A stretch of DNA of 64,000 nucleotides from the human T2T-CHM13v2.0 reference genome, Homo sapiens. This document shows, in pieces, positions 63,871 through 64,000 of this stretch. The notes below the pieces were generated by a model. That model did not search any database, had not been told where the DNA came from, and saw only the letters and a list, made by a program, of their open reading frames with translations. The stretch lies in the NCBI RefSeq assembly GCF_009914755.1, contig NC_060933.1; one strand, written 5' to 3'. The translations under genes and the position numbers were made by a program. Each line of letters starts with the position of its first letter. Within the stretch, counting starts at the first letter, position 1.

Positions 63871-64000
63871 TTACATTTTTATATAGTATGTTTTTTAAAT
63901 TATTGTAGCTATTATTATTTTCAATAGTTTTGTCTTTTAACCTCACATTAAAGACATAAGTAATTTACATGTCATCATTATAACATTAGAATATTCTGAT

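Overview
This window is eukaryotic, AT-rich primate (very probably human) intronic or intergenic DNA, as shown by AluY/AluS/AluJ, L1PA/L1M, THE1/MST/MLT1, MER41, MER21, MIR, L2, L3 and Tigger/hAT fossils. I could not recognise any protein-coding gene, tRNA, rRNA or CRISPR array. Almost every entry in the ORF track is noise or decayed L1 ORF2. All repeat subfamily names come from recalled consensus sequences, not from a search. The most unusual feature is at about 26350-27150: a degenerate reverse-transcriptase fossil whose motifs fit the Tx1 branch of the L1 clade rather than mammalian L1, and whose reading frame is still open for 187 codons. Other points of interest are a near-full-length old L1MA nested in an older L1, a 54-bp orphan insertion with a 15-bp TSD, three template-switch/micro-inversion scars inside repeats, a MER53 hairpin one base from miR-1302, several local duplications of different ages, and consensus-bounded minus-strand candidate exons suggesting a spliced, probably non-coding, transcript. 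I found no evidence for a new multi-gene system.
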